DNA of 40,197 bases from Myxococcales bacterium (GTDB lineage: Bacteria; Myxococcota_A; UBA9042). Made by a program: the position numbers and the translations under genes. A model generated the notes under the pieces. It was not told where the DNA came from. It did no database searches and saw only the letters and a program-made list of their open reading frames with translations. Location: NCBI GenBank assembly GCA_037441385.1, contig JBBISH010000054.1, positions 1 through 40,197 on the forward strand, written 5' to 3'. This document shows, one piece after another, positions 27,664 to 37,766 of the stretch (position 1 is the stretch's first letter; every line of letters begins with the position of its first letter).

Positions 27664-29442
27664 ATGTCGCCCTTGCCCACTCCGTCGCAGTTGTTTGCCC
27701 AGGCCCGTCAAGCGCTGCAAGCGGGCCAGCCCGCCCAGGGCGCTCGACTCGCCCAGGCGGCCCGAGCGGCCTTTGCGGCGGCCGGCGCCCACGACCATGC
27801 CGTCAAGTCCATGATTCTCCAGTCGCGCTGCCAGGCGGCGACCGGCGACCTAGACCGGGCAGCCGCGACGCTAGACCAAGCGATCGCCCACGCCGAACGC
27901 TTTGACCGCCCGGCCGAGGCCTTGGCCGCACGCGGGGAATTGGGTGTCCTGCAAGAGCAATTGGGCCAACTGCCAGAGGCCCTGGCCACGCATCGCGCGG
28001 TGCTGGAGGCCCAGGAGCAGCGCCGCGACATCTTGGGTTCAGCCCTGGCGGCGGCCAACGTGGCGCGGCTGCTGCCGCGTGCCGCCAAGCCCGAGCACCG
28101 CCAGGAAGCCCAGCGCCAGGCGCTGCAATTGCTGCTGCGCGCCGGTCAGGGCTTTGTCGCCAGCGGCAAGCCGGCCTTGGCGGCGCAAGTCCTGGTGGTG
28201 CTTGGGTCCGAACAGCGCAGCGCGGGCGAATTGACCGACGCCGCGAGCACACTACGCGATGCCTGCCGCGCGGCCGACGCCGCCGATGATGCGCGGGTGC
28301 GCGCCTCCGCACGACTGAACCTGGGTCACGTCCTGCGCGATCGCGGCGAGATCGACGCCGCCCGGCAGAACTTTGCGATCAGCGCCGACCTTGCCGGTGC
28401 GTGTGGCGATTTGCTGGGCCAACTGCGGGCGCGGCAAGCGGCCCTGGTGTTGGGCCTGGACAGTGTGCCCGCCACCCAAGCGCTGCAGCATCTGCGCGAC
28501 CTTGTCGGCGAGTTTGCGGCGGCGGGCCAGGTGGCGGCGGCGCTGCCCCTGCGGGCGAACTTGGGCCCGGCCCTGGCCCGCGCTGGTCAGCTGCGGCTTG
28601 CTTGCCACGAACTGGCCGCGACCTTGCGCGAGTTGCAGCAAGCCGGCGAGCGCCTGGGTGTGGCGGAAGTGCAGCTGACTTTGGCCGAATTGCAGTGGAC
28701 GCTTGGCGAGTTCGCTGCGGTCGACGCCACGGTGATGCGGCTCGCGGCCGACGACTTGCCCGAAAAGCTCGCCGTCCGGCTTGCGCTGTTTCAAGCGCGG
28801 CGGGCCAGCGCACAGCTGGACCTGCCGGGCACCCAGGCGGCGTTGACGCGGGCTCTGTCGGGCGAGCCGTCGCATGCGACGCAGTTCGCCGCCGGCCTGA
28901 TCCAGGCGCAACTGGGCACGTGGCTTGGCGATGGTTCGGCGGGGCCGCTGCTGCACGGCTTGCTCGACTTGGCGCAGGCGTCGCCCCGCGAACTGGCCGC
29001 GGCAACCTTGGCGCAGGCGGTGGACGTGGCGTGGCAAGGGGACCGCGACCGCGCAGCGCGGTTGGCTGCCAAAGCCTTGGAAACGTGGGACTTCCTGGGC
29101 GAGCCGCTGGCGCAGGCGTCTTGTCAGATGCTGCTAGGTTGCTTGGGGCGTGCGGACTCCGCCGCTGGGGCGCAGCTACTGGAGGATTTGCGGCGCGAGC
29201 AGCTGACCGAGGCGTACACCGCGTTGCGCGGCGCACTTTGTGCACAAACTGAGGATCTTGTTGGGGTTTTGTCCGCGGTCGAGGCTTTGCGGACCCTGGG
29301 TTGGGCCGCGGCTGCGCTCGCCCTGACACGTCTGTCACGTCTGACCCTGGCAAGTCCGCAACTGATTGAGTGTGAAGCTAGTATTTGGTCCAGTGCCGCG
29401 CAGATTCAGGGTGCCGCGGCGGGTCTGGATACGGCGACCTGA
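27664..29442 (+). CDS. Ala/Leu-rich TPR-like helical repeat protein
   Basis: Repeats such as ARGELGVLQEQLGQLPEALATHRAVL and ARLNLGHVLRDRGEIDAARQNF; no catalytic motif seen. Confidence 0.7.
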   Translation: MSPLPTPSQLFAQARQALQAGQPAQGARLAQAARAAFAAAGAHDHAVKSMILQSRCQAATGDLDRAAATLDQAIAHAERFDRPAEALAARGELGVLQEQLGQLPEALATHRAVLEAQEQRRDILGSALAAANVARLLPRAAKPEHRQEAQRQALQLLLRAGQGFVASGKPALAAQVLVVLGSEQRSAGELTDAASTLRDACRAADAADDARVRASARLNLGHVLRDRGEIDAARQNFAISADLAGACGDLLGQLRARQAALVLGLDSVPATQALQHLRDLVGEFAAAGQVAAALPLRANLGPALARAGQLRLACHELAATLRELQQAGERLGVAEVQLTLAELQWTLGEFAAVDATVMRLAADDLPEKLAVRLALFQARRASAQLDLPGTQAALTRALSGEPSHATQFAAGLIQAQLGTWLGDGSAGPLLHGLLDLAQASPRELAAATLAQAVDVAWQGDRDRAARLAAKALETWDFLGEPLAQASCQMLLGCLGRADSAAGAQLLEDLRREQLTEAYTALRGALCAQTEDLVGVLSAVEALRTLGWAAAALALTRLSRLTLASPQLIECEASIWSSAAQIQGAAAGLDTAT

Positions 29443-29477
29443 TCGCGTTGTCACGGCGCGTTCCCTTGACTTCCCTT

Positions 29478-29493
29478 TGGCGCGTGCTTGGCT
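29478..29493 (+). promoter_or_regulatory. Possible sigma54-type (-24/-12) promoter upstream of lon
   Basis: TGGCGC-GTGCT-TGGC has GG and GC at the canonical spacing, but the -12 element is imperfect. Confidence 0.25.
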
Positions 29494-29569
29494 ATGCTCA
29501 ACGTGGGGCGGCGGCGCGCCGACCTGCAAGCGAAGCCAACGGGCCAACCAGACGACGCGCGAGGAATAC

Positions 29570-31951
29570 ATGAGTTCGGACACCACCCTCAACGGGATCA
29601 ACCTGCAATCGATGCCGATTCTGGCACTGCGCAACGCCGTGCTGTTCCCCGGCGCGGTGATGCCCGTGGTCATCGGGCGCGGCAAAAGCATCAAGCTTCT
29701 GGAAGGCTTGGGCGATCGCCGCCAAACCGTGGTGGGCGTGGTGGCGCAGAAGGACAAGGGCGTGGACAACCCCAAGCCCGACGACCTGTACTGGGCCGGT
29801 TGCACCGGTCAGCTGATCAAGGTGCTGCGCAACGGCGCCGAGACCTACCATGTGGTGATCCGTGGCCTGGAGCGGTTCCGCATCCACTCGTTCGAGCAGG
29901 AGGATCCGTTCCTGCAGGCCAACGTGGAAGTGCTGCCCGAGAAGGCCGAAAACGATCCGCAAATCGCCGGTCTGGTCCACAACATCCGCGACTCGGCCGT
30001 GGAGTTGGTGGGCATGGTGCCCGACAACCCGATCAGCGCCTCGGATTTGCAAGAGAACTTTGAGCACCCGTCGCGGCTCGTCTATCTGCTGATGACGCAC
30101 CTGTCGGTGTCGGTCGAAGAAAAGGTCGACGTGCTGCAGGCGGCCACGCTGCAGGAGATGTTGACCAAGACCCTGCAACTGGTGATTCAGCAAATCGAAG
30201 TGCTGCGGATCAGCCAGCGCATCAACAGCGAGGTCAAGGGCGACCTGAACAAGAGCCAGCGCGAGTACGTGCTGCGCAAGCAACTGAAGGCCATCCAGAA
30301 GGAGCTGGGCGAGCTCGAGGGCAACGAAGGCGACGAGCTGGGCGAGCTGGAAGAGCGGCTGGTCAAGGCCAAGCTGCCCGAAGACGCTCAGAAAATCGCC
30401 AACAAGGAGCTCAAGCGCCTGCGCAATATCCAACAGGGCTCGCCCGAGTACACCGTGGCGCGCACCTACTTGGAGTGGTTCGCGGACATGCCCTGGCAGA
30501 CCCTGAGCGACGACAACTGGGACCTGAACAACGCCCAGCGCGTGCTGGACGAGCGCCATTACGGCCTGGACAAGGTCAAGAAGCGCATCATCGAGTACCT
30601 GGCTGTCAGCAAGCTGAAGCAGGACATGCGCGGCCCGGTGCTGTGCCTGGTCGGGCCTCCCGGCGTGGGCAAGACGTCGCTCGGTCACTCGGTGGCGCAG
30701 GCGCTGGGCCGCAAGTTCCAGCGGATGAGCTTGGGCGGTGTGCGCGACGAAGCCGAGATCCGCGGCCACCGCCGCACCTACATCGGCGCCCTGCCCGGCA
30801 AGATCATCATGAGCCTGAAGAAGGCCGAGTCGCGCAACCCGGTGATGATCTTGGACGAAGTGGACAAGCTGACCCACGACTGGCGCGGCGACCCCACGGC
30901 GGCGCTGCTGGAGGTTCTGGACCCCGAGCAGAACAACGCCTTTACCGATCACTACCTGGACACGCCCTTCGATCTGAGCAAGGTGCTGTTCATCGCCACG
31001 GCCAACTCGCTGGACACCATTCCGGCGCCGCTGCTTGACCGCATGGAGGTGATCGAGCTGTCCGGCTACACGCACGAAGAGAAGTTCCACATTGCCAAGG
31101 AACACTTGTTCCCCAAGCAGTTGAAGGAGCACGGCCTGACCGCCGAGCAGTGCGTGGTCAGCGACGAGATCATGGCCAAGGTCATCTCGCACTTTACCCG
31201 CGAGGCCGGCGTGCGCAGCCTGGAGCGGCGCATGGCCGACATCTGCCGGCAGGTCGCCGTCAAGATTGCCAAGGAAGAAGCCAAGTCCATGACGATCACC
31301 GAAGCGGATCTGGACGATATGCTTGGCAACTTTGTCTACGAGCCCGAGGTGGCGACCCGTACCGAGCAGCCGGGCGTGGCCACGGGCATGGCCTGGACCC
31401 GCGTGGGCGGCGACCTGCTGTTCATCGAGGCGACCAAGATGCCGGGCAAGGGCAAGATGCGCCTGACCGGCCAACTGGGCGACGTGATGAAGGAATCGGC
31501 GCAGATCGCGCTGTCGCTGGTCGAGGCCAACGCCGAGCGGCTGGGCATCGAGCGCAAAGCCTTCGAGGACTGGGACATTCACGTCCACTTCCCTGCCGGC
31601 GCTACGCCCAAGGACGGTCCGTCGGCGGGCGTGACCATGTATACCGCCCTGGTTTCGCTGCTTTCGGGCGTGCGGGTGCGCGGCGATGTGGCGATGACGG
31701 GCGAGGCGACGCTGCGCGGCCTGGTGCTGCCGGTGGGCGGCATCAAGGACAAGGTGCTGGCGGCGATGCGCGGCGGCATCAAGAAGATCATCCTGCCCGA
31801 GAAGAACAAGAAGGATCTTCGCGACATCCCGGCCGAGGCCCGCGAAGGCGTGGAATTCGTGTTCGCGCACCGCATGGACGACGTGCTGGAGCACGCTCTG
31901 GAAGTGCCGCCGTCGCAGTGGAGCAAGACGACCACCCACGCCACCGCCTAG
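29570..31951 (+). CDS. lon: ATP-dependent Lon protease (endopeptidase La)
   Basis: GAGGA RBS; N-domain LRNAVLFPG; Walker A GPPGVGKT; Walker B ILDEVDK; catalytic PKDGPSAG and GGIKDK. Confidence 0.98.
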   Translation: MSSDTTLNGINLQSMPILALRNAVLFPGAVMPVVIGRGKSIKLLEGLGDRRQTVVGVVAQKDKGVDNPKPDDLYWAGCTGQLIKVLRNGAETYHVVIRGLERFRIHSFEQEDPFLQANVEVLPEKAENDPQIAGLVHNIRDSAVELVGMVPDNPISASDLQENFEHPSRLVYLLMTHLSVSVEEKVDVLQAATLQEMLTKTLQLVIQQIEVLRISQRINSEVKGDLNKSQREYVLRKQLKAIQKELGELEGNEGDELGELEERLVKAKLPEDAQKIANKELKRLRNIQQGSPEYTVARTYLEWFADMPWQTLSDDNWDLNNAQRVLDERHYGLDKVKKRIIEYLAVSKLKQDMRGPVLCLVGPPGVGKTSLGHSVAQALGRKFQRMSLGGVRDEAEIRGHRRTYIGALPGKIIMSLKKAESRNPVMILDEVDKLTHDWRGDPTAALLEVLDPEQNNAFTDHYLDTPFDLSKVLFIATANSLDTIPAPLLDRMEVIELSGYTHEEKFHIAKEHLFPKQLKEHGLTAEQCVVSDEIMAKVISHFTREAGVRSLERRMADICRQVAVKIAKEEAKSMTITEADLDDMLGNFVYEPEVATRTEQPGVATGMAWTRVGGDLLFIEATKMPGKGKMRLTGQLGDVMKESAQIALSLVEANAERLGIERKAFEDWDIHVHFPAGATPKDGPSAGVTMYTALVSLLSGVRVRGDVAMTGEATLRGLVLPVGGIKDKVLAAMRGGIKKIILPEKNKKDLRDIPAEAREGVEFVFAHRMDDVLEHALEVPPSQWSKTTTHATA

Positions 31952-31981
31952 TCAGCCGCACGGCGGCAAAGGCCCGACTTC

Positions 31982-32164
31982 ATGCTCACTTCGACCCTGC
32001 TCGTCCCGCCCATGGCGCGTTGCGCGGCCTGTGTCGCCAACGAGACCCCTTACGGTTGGTGGATACTTTCGGGTATCGTGCTGGTCGGCTCGGTGGTGGT
32101 CGCCGGCTGGTTCATCTGGAGTGACGCCAAAGAGCGCGCCAGCTGGACGCCCCCCAGCGAATAG
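31982..32164 (+). CDS. Small single-TM protein with CxxC (CAAC) motif
   Basis: 60-aa ORF filling the lon-methyltransferase gap on the same strand; clean TM helix WWILSGIVLVGSVVVAGWFIW. Confidence 0.55.
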   Translation: MLTSTLLVPPMARCAACVANETPYGWWILSGIVLVGSVVVAGWFIWSDAKERASWTPPSE

Positions 32165-32197
32165 GTCGGCGCGCCGGGCGCGATACACAGGACAATT

Positions 32198-33373
32198 ATG
32201 GAATTCTTAGCCTTGGCGGCGCGCGGCACCGCGGATTTGGTGGCGGCGGAGTGCCGCGCCTTGGGCCTGAAGGTCACGCGCACCGATGCCGAAGGCGTAC
32301 ACCTTGACCTGTCGTGGCGCGAATTGGCTATTGCATTGGTGCACTTGCGAGTGGCACAGCGGCTGATGGTCGAGTTGGGGAACCACCCGGCTTACGACGG
32401 CGACTCGCTGTACGCCGCAGCGCGCAAGGTCGATTGGGGCGAATGGCTGGATGCCCGCTCGACTTTTGCAGTGTATGCCTCTGGCGACATGGTGCAGCCG
32501 GGCAAGACGCCCGAAGGGCGGCCGCACGCGGGCCTGACCAACCTGCAGTTTGTGGGCGTGCGGGTCAAGGACGCCATCGCCGACGACTTGACGAGGCGGC
32601 TGGGCAAGCGGCCCAACGTAAGCCGCGATGATCCGGTGGTGGCGGTGATGGTGCGCGGTCGCCAGGGCCGCTGGCACTTCTACCTGGACGCCGCCGATCC
32701 GCCGCTGTTCCAGCGCGGGGTGCGGATGGCCGACGTGGAGGCGCCGCTGAAAGAGACGCTGGCCGCGGCCTGCGTGGATCTGTGCGGCTGGAACGGCAAA
32801 GGCAAGCTGATCGATCCGATGTGCGGCTCGGGCACGCTGGTCATCGAGGCGGCGAGCAAAGTGCTTGGCCTGGCGCCGGGCTGCACGCGGACGTTTGCCA
32901 TCGAGCGCTGGCCACACCACGGCAAGACGCTGCAGAAGTGGTGCAACGAAATCCGCACGGCGGCAGTGGAAAAGGCCAAGGCGGCCTTGGAAGCGCCGCA
33001 CTTGGACATCGAGGCTTGCGACCTCGATCCAGCGGCCGTGCGCGCGACGCGGGCCAACCTGGAGAACGCCGGCTTGGCCGACGTGGTGCGCGTGGAGTGC
33101 CGCGACGCCCGCCAGCTGCCGGCACAGCCGCCTGGGACCGTCTTGCTGAGCAACCCGCCGTACGGCCAGCGTTTGGCGCCCGGCGAGGCCGAAGGGTTGT
33201 GGCAGGAACTGGGGTCGGCGTGGCGTGGCAAGGGCTTGGCCCAGGCTTGGCTGCTGGCGCCGCCCGAGCTTGGCGAGGCACTGGGCTGGGAGCGCAAGCG
33301 CAGTCACCCGCTGACCAACGGATCGCTGGACGTGGCCCTGCAGGCCTTTGCCGAACCGGCTGCCCAATCTTAG
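32198..33373 (+). CDS. THUMP-domain RNA guanine-N2 methyltransferase (stand-alone RlmL-like)
   Basis: VKDAIAD, APLKETLAAA, DPMCGSGT, NPPYG. Confidence 0.9.
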   Translation: MEFLALAARGTADLVAAECRALGLKVTRTDAEGVHLDLSWRELAIALVHLRVAQRLMVELGNHPAYDGDSLYAAARKVDWGEWLDARSTFAVYASGDMVQPGKTPEGRPHAGLTNLQFVGVRVKDAIADDLTRRLGKRPNVSRDDPVVAVMVRGRQGRWHFYLDAADPPLFQRGVRMADVEAPLKETLAAACVDLCGWNGKGKLIDPMCGSGTLVIEAASKVLGLAPGCTRTFAIERWPHHGKTLQKWCNEIRTAAVEKAKAALEAPHLDIEACDLDPAAVRATRANLENAGLADVVRVECRDARQLPAQPPGTVLLSNPPYGQRLAPGEAEGLWQELGSAWRGKGLAQAWLLAPPELGEALGWERKRSHPLTNGSLDVALQAFAEPAAQS

Positions 33374-33747
33374 CCAGAGCCAGATCGAACCGCGCATCTG
33401 AAGCGTCGCAGTGCCGCTGCCGCGCTCGCCGTCCTGTGTGGGGCGGTGGGCGATGTGCAGGGGGGCGCGGCCGGGGTGGCAGCGCACCTGTCCCACAACG
33501 GGGAGGTGGGCCGTACCGCAAGTGCGGTCTGGTGGTAGGGTACTGCGTGGACGGCTCTTCGGCTGGTTGCTAGACTGGCGGCGGACGGCGCGCATGGCAA
33601 GATGGCAGCGGGACACCGCTTGCCTGAGCTGTGCGCCATCGGCGACTCGGTCTTGGCGAAATGGCCCCTGCGCAACGCACGGAGCACGCCCAGGCACGGG
33701 CGGGCAGCCACAGCCGCCAGACAGCGCGGAATGGCCAGGAGGAACTC

Positions 33748-34731
33748 ATGGATTTGCATACTTTGGGGCGTTCAGCGGCAAGTACCGCTCCGCGTCCGCG
33801 GCACAGCGGTTGGGCACGCTGGGTAGGCCTGTGCGCGGGTCTTGGCCTGCTGACCGCGGCGATGCCTGCACAAGCTGGCGAAGGCAATCTGTTTTTTGAA
33901 GACGGCGCCAGCTTGCTGCAAGGCTACTCGGTCATGGGCGGCGCTTTTGTCGAAGGCGGCGGGGGCGAACTGTCGGGCTGGAAGTACGACCACCCGCTGC
34001 GCCCGACCGGTTACGGCTTCCGCTACTACGAGCGCAACGGCTTCATCACCGGCACCATTGCCGCCATCGCCATCGCGGTGGGGGGCGGCATGGCTGCGGC
34101 GGGCCCCAAGCGCGTAGAAACGTGGGAATCGGGCGGCTACCGCTACACCCGCACCACCTACTACAGCCCGGCCGAGAAGGCCGCCATGGCCGCCGCCACC
34201 AGTGCCGCCGCCGCCGGGGCGTTCGGCTCGGCCAACCAGAGCTTTGACCTGGAGATCTACACCCGGCAAATGGGCGGAAACTCAGAGGGTTGGCGCGTCA
34301 ACGGCATGCTGTTCGGCGTGCCATTTGCCGACGGCCACGGCATGTTCGACATGGGTTTTGGCTACGCCAAGGTCGTGTCGGCCATCGGCGAGTCGGGCAA
34401 GTACTTGATCTCGAACTACCACTACCTGGGCATGCCGATGCGGCTGTCGTACGCATTTGGCCCCTTTGTCACCTACGCGCACTTTGAGTGGAACTGGCTG
34501 GGCCACAGCGACAGCACCGAGTACAACGGCAAGAACAACCAGAACCAGGGCACCGTGAACGGCAAACCCGTCGCCAGTGCGCTGACCGAGATCAATACCA
34601 CCGGATTTCCCTGGCGTTTTGGCGTGCAGGCCGCGCTCATCAGCCGGCTGTATTTGGAGGCCGCGCTGGTCACCCCCAACCTGACCTCCGGGTCGTTCGG
34701 CGGACACGCCACCATTGGCGCACGCTTCTAG
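33748..34731 (+). CDS. Exported protein, probable outer-membrane beta-barrel
   Basis: AGGAGG RBS before ATG 33748; signal ending PAQA; beta strands; C-terminal ATIGARF. Confidence 0.7.
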   Translation: MDLHTLGRSAASTAPRPRHSGWARWVGLCAGLGLLTAAMPAQAGEGNLFFEDGASLLQGYSVMGGAFVEGGGGELSGWKYDHPLRPTGYGFRYYERNGFITGTIAAIAIAVGGGMAAAGPKRVETWESGGYRYTRTTYYSPAEKAAMAAATSAAAAGAFGSANQSFDLEIYTRQMGGNSEGWRVNGMLFGVPFADGHGMFDMGFGYAKVVSAIGESGKYLISNYHYLGMPMRLSYAFGPFVTYAHFEWNWLGHSDSTEYNGKNNQNQGTVNGKPVASALTEINTTGFPWRFGVQAALISRLYLEAALVTPNLTSGSFGGHATIGARF

Positions 34732-34749
34732 GCCCGCCCGGAGGACATC

Positions 34750-35559
34750 ATGGCATTGAATTTCGTGGTCCGGGCCAAGCGCTCGGGGCTGGCGGCACTG
34801 GGCCTGCTGGCGTTGGCAACCAGTCTGATTGCGCCGCAAATCGCGGTGGCTAAAGAAGAAGTCGGCCCGTTCGGCTTGTCTCGCAACGGCGTGGTCACCG
34901 GTGTGTTCGGTACCACCACGCGCAACTACCAAGACGGCAGCAAGACCAAGCAGTGGGACGGCAAGCAATTCTACGTCAATTTTGAAGGCGGCCTCTTTGG
35001 CAAGGTCTCGCCCCTGGGCAACCTGGGCGGCCTGGAGCTGCTCGCGGCCATGGGCTACGACGGAGCCACCCCAGACGGCGCCGACAGCAATCCGCGCGGG
35101 CCACTACTTGGTGGATTCCTCTACGACTTTGCGGTCGGCTTCCCGGTCACCCTGTTCCACCAGTTCACCGACGGCAAGGACCGCTTCCAACTGCAGTTGT
35201 CGCCTGGCTTTGGCATCAGCCACATCCACGCGTACCTGTACGTCAAGACCAAGGCGGCCTACCAGATCACGCCGGACATCGCCGCCGAAGTGCAGTGGCA
35301 ATGGTGGCCCGGCCCCACCAGCGTGATGTGGAACAGCGGCTTTGGCGTCAACCAGCAGTCGGTCAAAGGTTCGGTGTACTTGGGCCGCGCCGGCAGCACT
35401 GGCCTTGCCGTGTTTGCCGAGTACCTGACCAGCGAAACCGAAGAAGAGAAGCCGGGTTTGCCCGTCAGCGGCGCGTTTGGCGGCAAGAATCCCTTTACCC
35501 GCACCGAGCGCAGCGACTACGAAAAAACCCTGCGCTTGGGCGTGGGCGCGGCGTTCTAG
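34750..35559 (+). CDS. Exported protein, probable outer-membrane beta-barrel
   Basis: GGAGGA RBS; signal peptide; C-terminal LRLGVGAAF. Confidence 0.7.
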   Translation: MALNFVVRAKRSGLAALGLLALATSLIAPQIAVAKEEVGPFGLSRNGVVTGVFGTTTRNYQDGSKTKQWDGKQFYVNFEGGLFGKVSPLGNLGGLELLAAMGYDGATPDGADSNPRGPLLGGFLYDFAVGFPVTLFHQFTDGKDRFQLQLSPGFGISHIHAYLYVKTKAAYQITPDIAAEVQWQWWPGPTSVMWNSGFGVNQQSVKGSVYLGRAGSTGLAVFAEYLTSETEEEKPGLPVSGAFGGKNPFTRTERSDYEKTLRLGVGAAF

Positions 35560-35571
35560 GAGGGGCAAGCC

Positions 35572-36636
35572 ATGCGCAACTTTTTGGCACTACTTGTTGT
35601 TTTGCTTGGCGCCGCCGGCTGTCTGCCGCACCTAGAGGACCCGCCGTTGACCGCGACGGGCGAGGCGCCGGCGAACTGGTCGGCCTCGTCGTCCAAGTCG
35701 ACCACGACGGGTGGCGAGGCGGACGTCAAGTCCACGACCGACACCAGCTCGGCCACCAGCGCGGCGACGTGCACCGGCACGTACAACGGCACCTTGACCG
35801 AGGCCAGCACCCAGCCCACCAAGCCGCCGTGCGTGGTCACGGGCACCGTGTCCGTGACCAAAGTGCCGGGAACCAAGTTCCGCGCCACATTGGCCGGCAT
35901 CCAAGAGATCGGCATCTTGGGCCTCAACGCCGACGTCGACATGAGCAGCTACTTCCCCAAGCTCACCAAAGTCGGCAGCTTGCAGGTCAGCGGCGGCGGC
36001 AGCGGCCAGTCGATGCAGATCCCTTACTGGTTGACGTCGCTAGGCAAGCTATCCGTTTTCAACACCGCGCTCGTCAGCTTCAACGGCAACACCGCCGTGG
36101 TTTCGGCCGAGACGATCGCTTTGTCGGGCAACAACTTTCTGACCACGTTCAACGGGTTTCCGAACCTGACGGTGCTCACGGACCTGCAGGTCGCGAACAA
36201 CCCGGTGTTGACCGACTTCAATGGATTCATGAGCGTCCAGTCCCTCCACCAGCTCAGCCTCGACCTGGGCCCAAAACTCACGGGCCTGGGCAGCTTCTCG
36301 GCGCTGAAGACCGTTACCTTCGATTTGACGATCACTGGCTCGCAGATGCAGGTGGTGGGCCAATTTCCACAGCTGACCACCGTCGCGTCGTGGTCGATGG
36401 GTGCCATGCCCGAAGTGACGGCGCTGAACTTCCCGTCGCTGACCAGCGTCAAGAGCATGGCGATGGGCAACATGGCCAAACTGGCCAACTTGGACGGACT
36501 TGGTTCGGTGGCGGTATCTGGAACGCCGATGATTTGCCTGGCGGCGATGCCCTGCGCAGCGCTGGATGCCTGGGTGGCCCAGCACGCCCCGGGCAAGACC
36601 AACAGTGGCTGCGGCGCGACGACCTGCAAGCAATAG
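35572..36636 (+). CDS. Lipoprotein with receptor-L-domain/LRR-like solenoid
   Basis: GGAGG RBS; lipobox AAGC; Ser/Thr-rich linker; repeats FPKLTKVGSL, FPNLTVL, FSALKTV, FPQLTTV, FPSLTSV. Confidence 0.75.
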   Translation: MRNFLALLVVLLGAAGCLPHLEDPPLTATGEAPANWSASSSKSTTTGGEADVKSTTDTSSATSAATCTGTYNGTLTEASTQPTKPPCVVTGTVSVTKVPGTKFRATLAGIQEIGILGLNADVDMSSYFPKLTKVGSLQVSGGGSGQSMQIPYWLTSLGKLSVFNTALVSFNGNTAVVSAETIALSGNNFLTTFNGFPNLTVLTDLQVANNPVLTDFNGFMSVQSLHQLSLDLGPKLTGLGSFSALKTVTFDLTITGSQMQVVGQFPQLTTVASWSMGAMPEVTALNFPSLTSVKSMAMGNMAKLANLDGLGSVAVSGTPMICLAAMPCAALDAWVAQHAPGKTNSGCGATTCKQ

Positions 36637-36713
36637 CTGCGAGTTCGCCTGTTCAAGGGGGACCGTTCGCGGCATACTGGCCCAGCGCGGCCGCCGCGTC
36701 GCCGTGAGCGCCG

Positions 36714-37766
36714 ATGACGCAGAGAATCACCGTTGTTTTTGATACCTACGGTGGCCAGGCCGGCCCGTCTGAGGTCGTGCGCGCTGCGGCGCGCATGTCG
36801 CGGCAGGGCGTAGCCCACGTACTGCTGGTGGGCGACGTAGCGCTCTTGCAGGATCAGCTTGGGCTGATTCCCTACGATCCCATGACGTTGCGACTGGTCC
36901 CTGGCGGTGCTGCCTTTCCGCGGCGGCCGGGCGACACCCTGGCCCAGGCCGAAGCAGCGCGCGTGGGTCTGCCGGTGGCGCTGCAGCTGTTGCGCGAGGG
37001 CGAGGCAGATGCCCTGATTTCGGCGAGCGATCCCGACTTGATCCGCGAGCTGGCGATTGCGCAACTCCCGTTGCTGCCTGGGGCGCGTTCGCTGGCAGCG
37101 GCAGCGGTGGTGCCGACCATGCCGCGCCCCGGTGCCGAAGAGCCGCTGGCGCTGCTGCTGGACGTCTCGGGGCGGCGCACCACAAGTGCAGACGACTTGG
37201 TTCAATTTGCGGTGATGGGCGCGTCGTACGCGCGATCGGTGTCGGCAGTGGCCGAGCCGGCCGTGGCGCTGCTGTCGACCGGGCCGGGGCCGCAAGATGG
37301 GCCGCCCGAGGTGGTCGAGGCGCATCGGCGCCTGAAGTCGATGGGTGGGCTGAAATTCGTAGGCAACATCCGGGCTACGGACCTGTCGCGCGGCCTGGCC
37401 GACGTGGTGGTGGCCGACGGCCTGGTGGGCCACACCGTGCATGGGCTGCTCGAAGGTCTGACCGACATGACCGTAGAGGCTGCGCGCTACGCCTGGAAGG
37501 CCAAGATGACCTGGCGCGTGGGACTGCGGCTGCTGAGCCAAGGCGTGGGTATGCTGCGCAAAGTCAGCGAGTTCAAAGACTACGGCGGCGCGCCGTTGCT
37601 GGGCTTGCAGCATCTGGTCTTGGTCGCGGCGGCGGACTCGCGCGAGCCCGCGTTCGAGAACGCCCTGAGATTGGCAGCCAAGTGTCATATCCGCGGCCTA
37701 CAAAGGGAATTGACGGCAACGATGGCGCAGATGCTGCCTGAAACCGCCGCGAGAGGCACCCCATGA
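36714..37766 (+). CDS. Divergent PlsX-like protein (phosphate acyltransferase fold)
   Basis: Colinear with PlsX (LLVGD, ADALISA, LLLDV, LVQFAVMG, FVGNI, DVVVADG, YGGAPLLG), but many signature residues are altered. Confidence 0.75.
   Translation: MTQRITVVFDTYGGQAGPSEVVRAAARMSRQGVAHVLLVGDVALLQDQLGLIPYDPMTLRLVPGGAAFPRRPGDTLAQAEAARVGLPVALQLLREGEADALISASDPDLIRELAIAQLPLLPGARSLAAAAVVPTMPRPGAEEPLALLLDVSGRRTTSADDLVQFAVMGASYARSVSAVAEPAVALLSTGPGPQDGPPEVVEAHRRLKSMGGLKFVGNIRATDLSRGLADVVVADGLVGHTVHGLLEGLTDMTVEAARYAWKAKMTWRVGLRLLSQGVGMLRKVSEFKDYGGAPLLGLQHLVLVAAADSREPAFENALRLAAKCHIRGLQRELTATMAQMLPETAARGTP

Noticed and set aside
29498..31939. 813-aa antisense ORF over lon, and similar long shadow ORFs (7984-9633 +, 25755-27905 +, 22402-23949 +, 11152-13059 -, 36024-37688 -, 37685-39220 -)
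   Set aside because: Expected by-product of high-GC codon bias on the real strand; no motifs and they overlap well-supported genes.
33374..33747. 374-nt leader as a possible riboswitch or ncRNA
   Set aside because: No recognisable riboswitch consensus or strong inverted repeat was found by eye; an Rfam search would be needed to exclude it.
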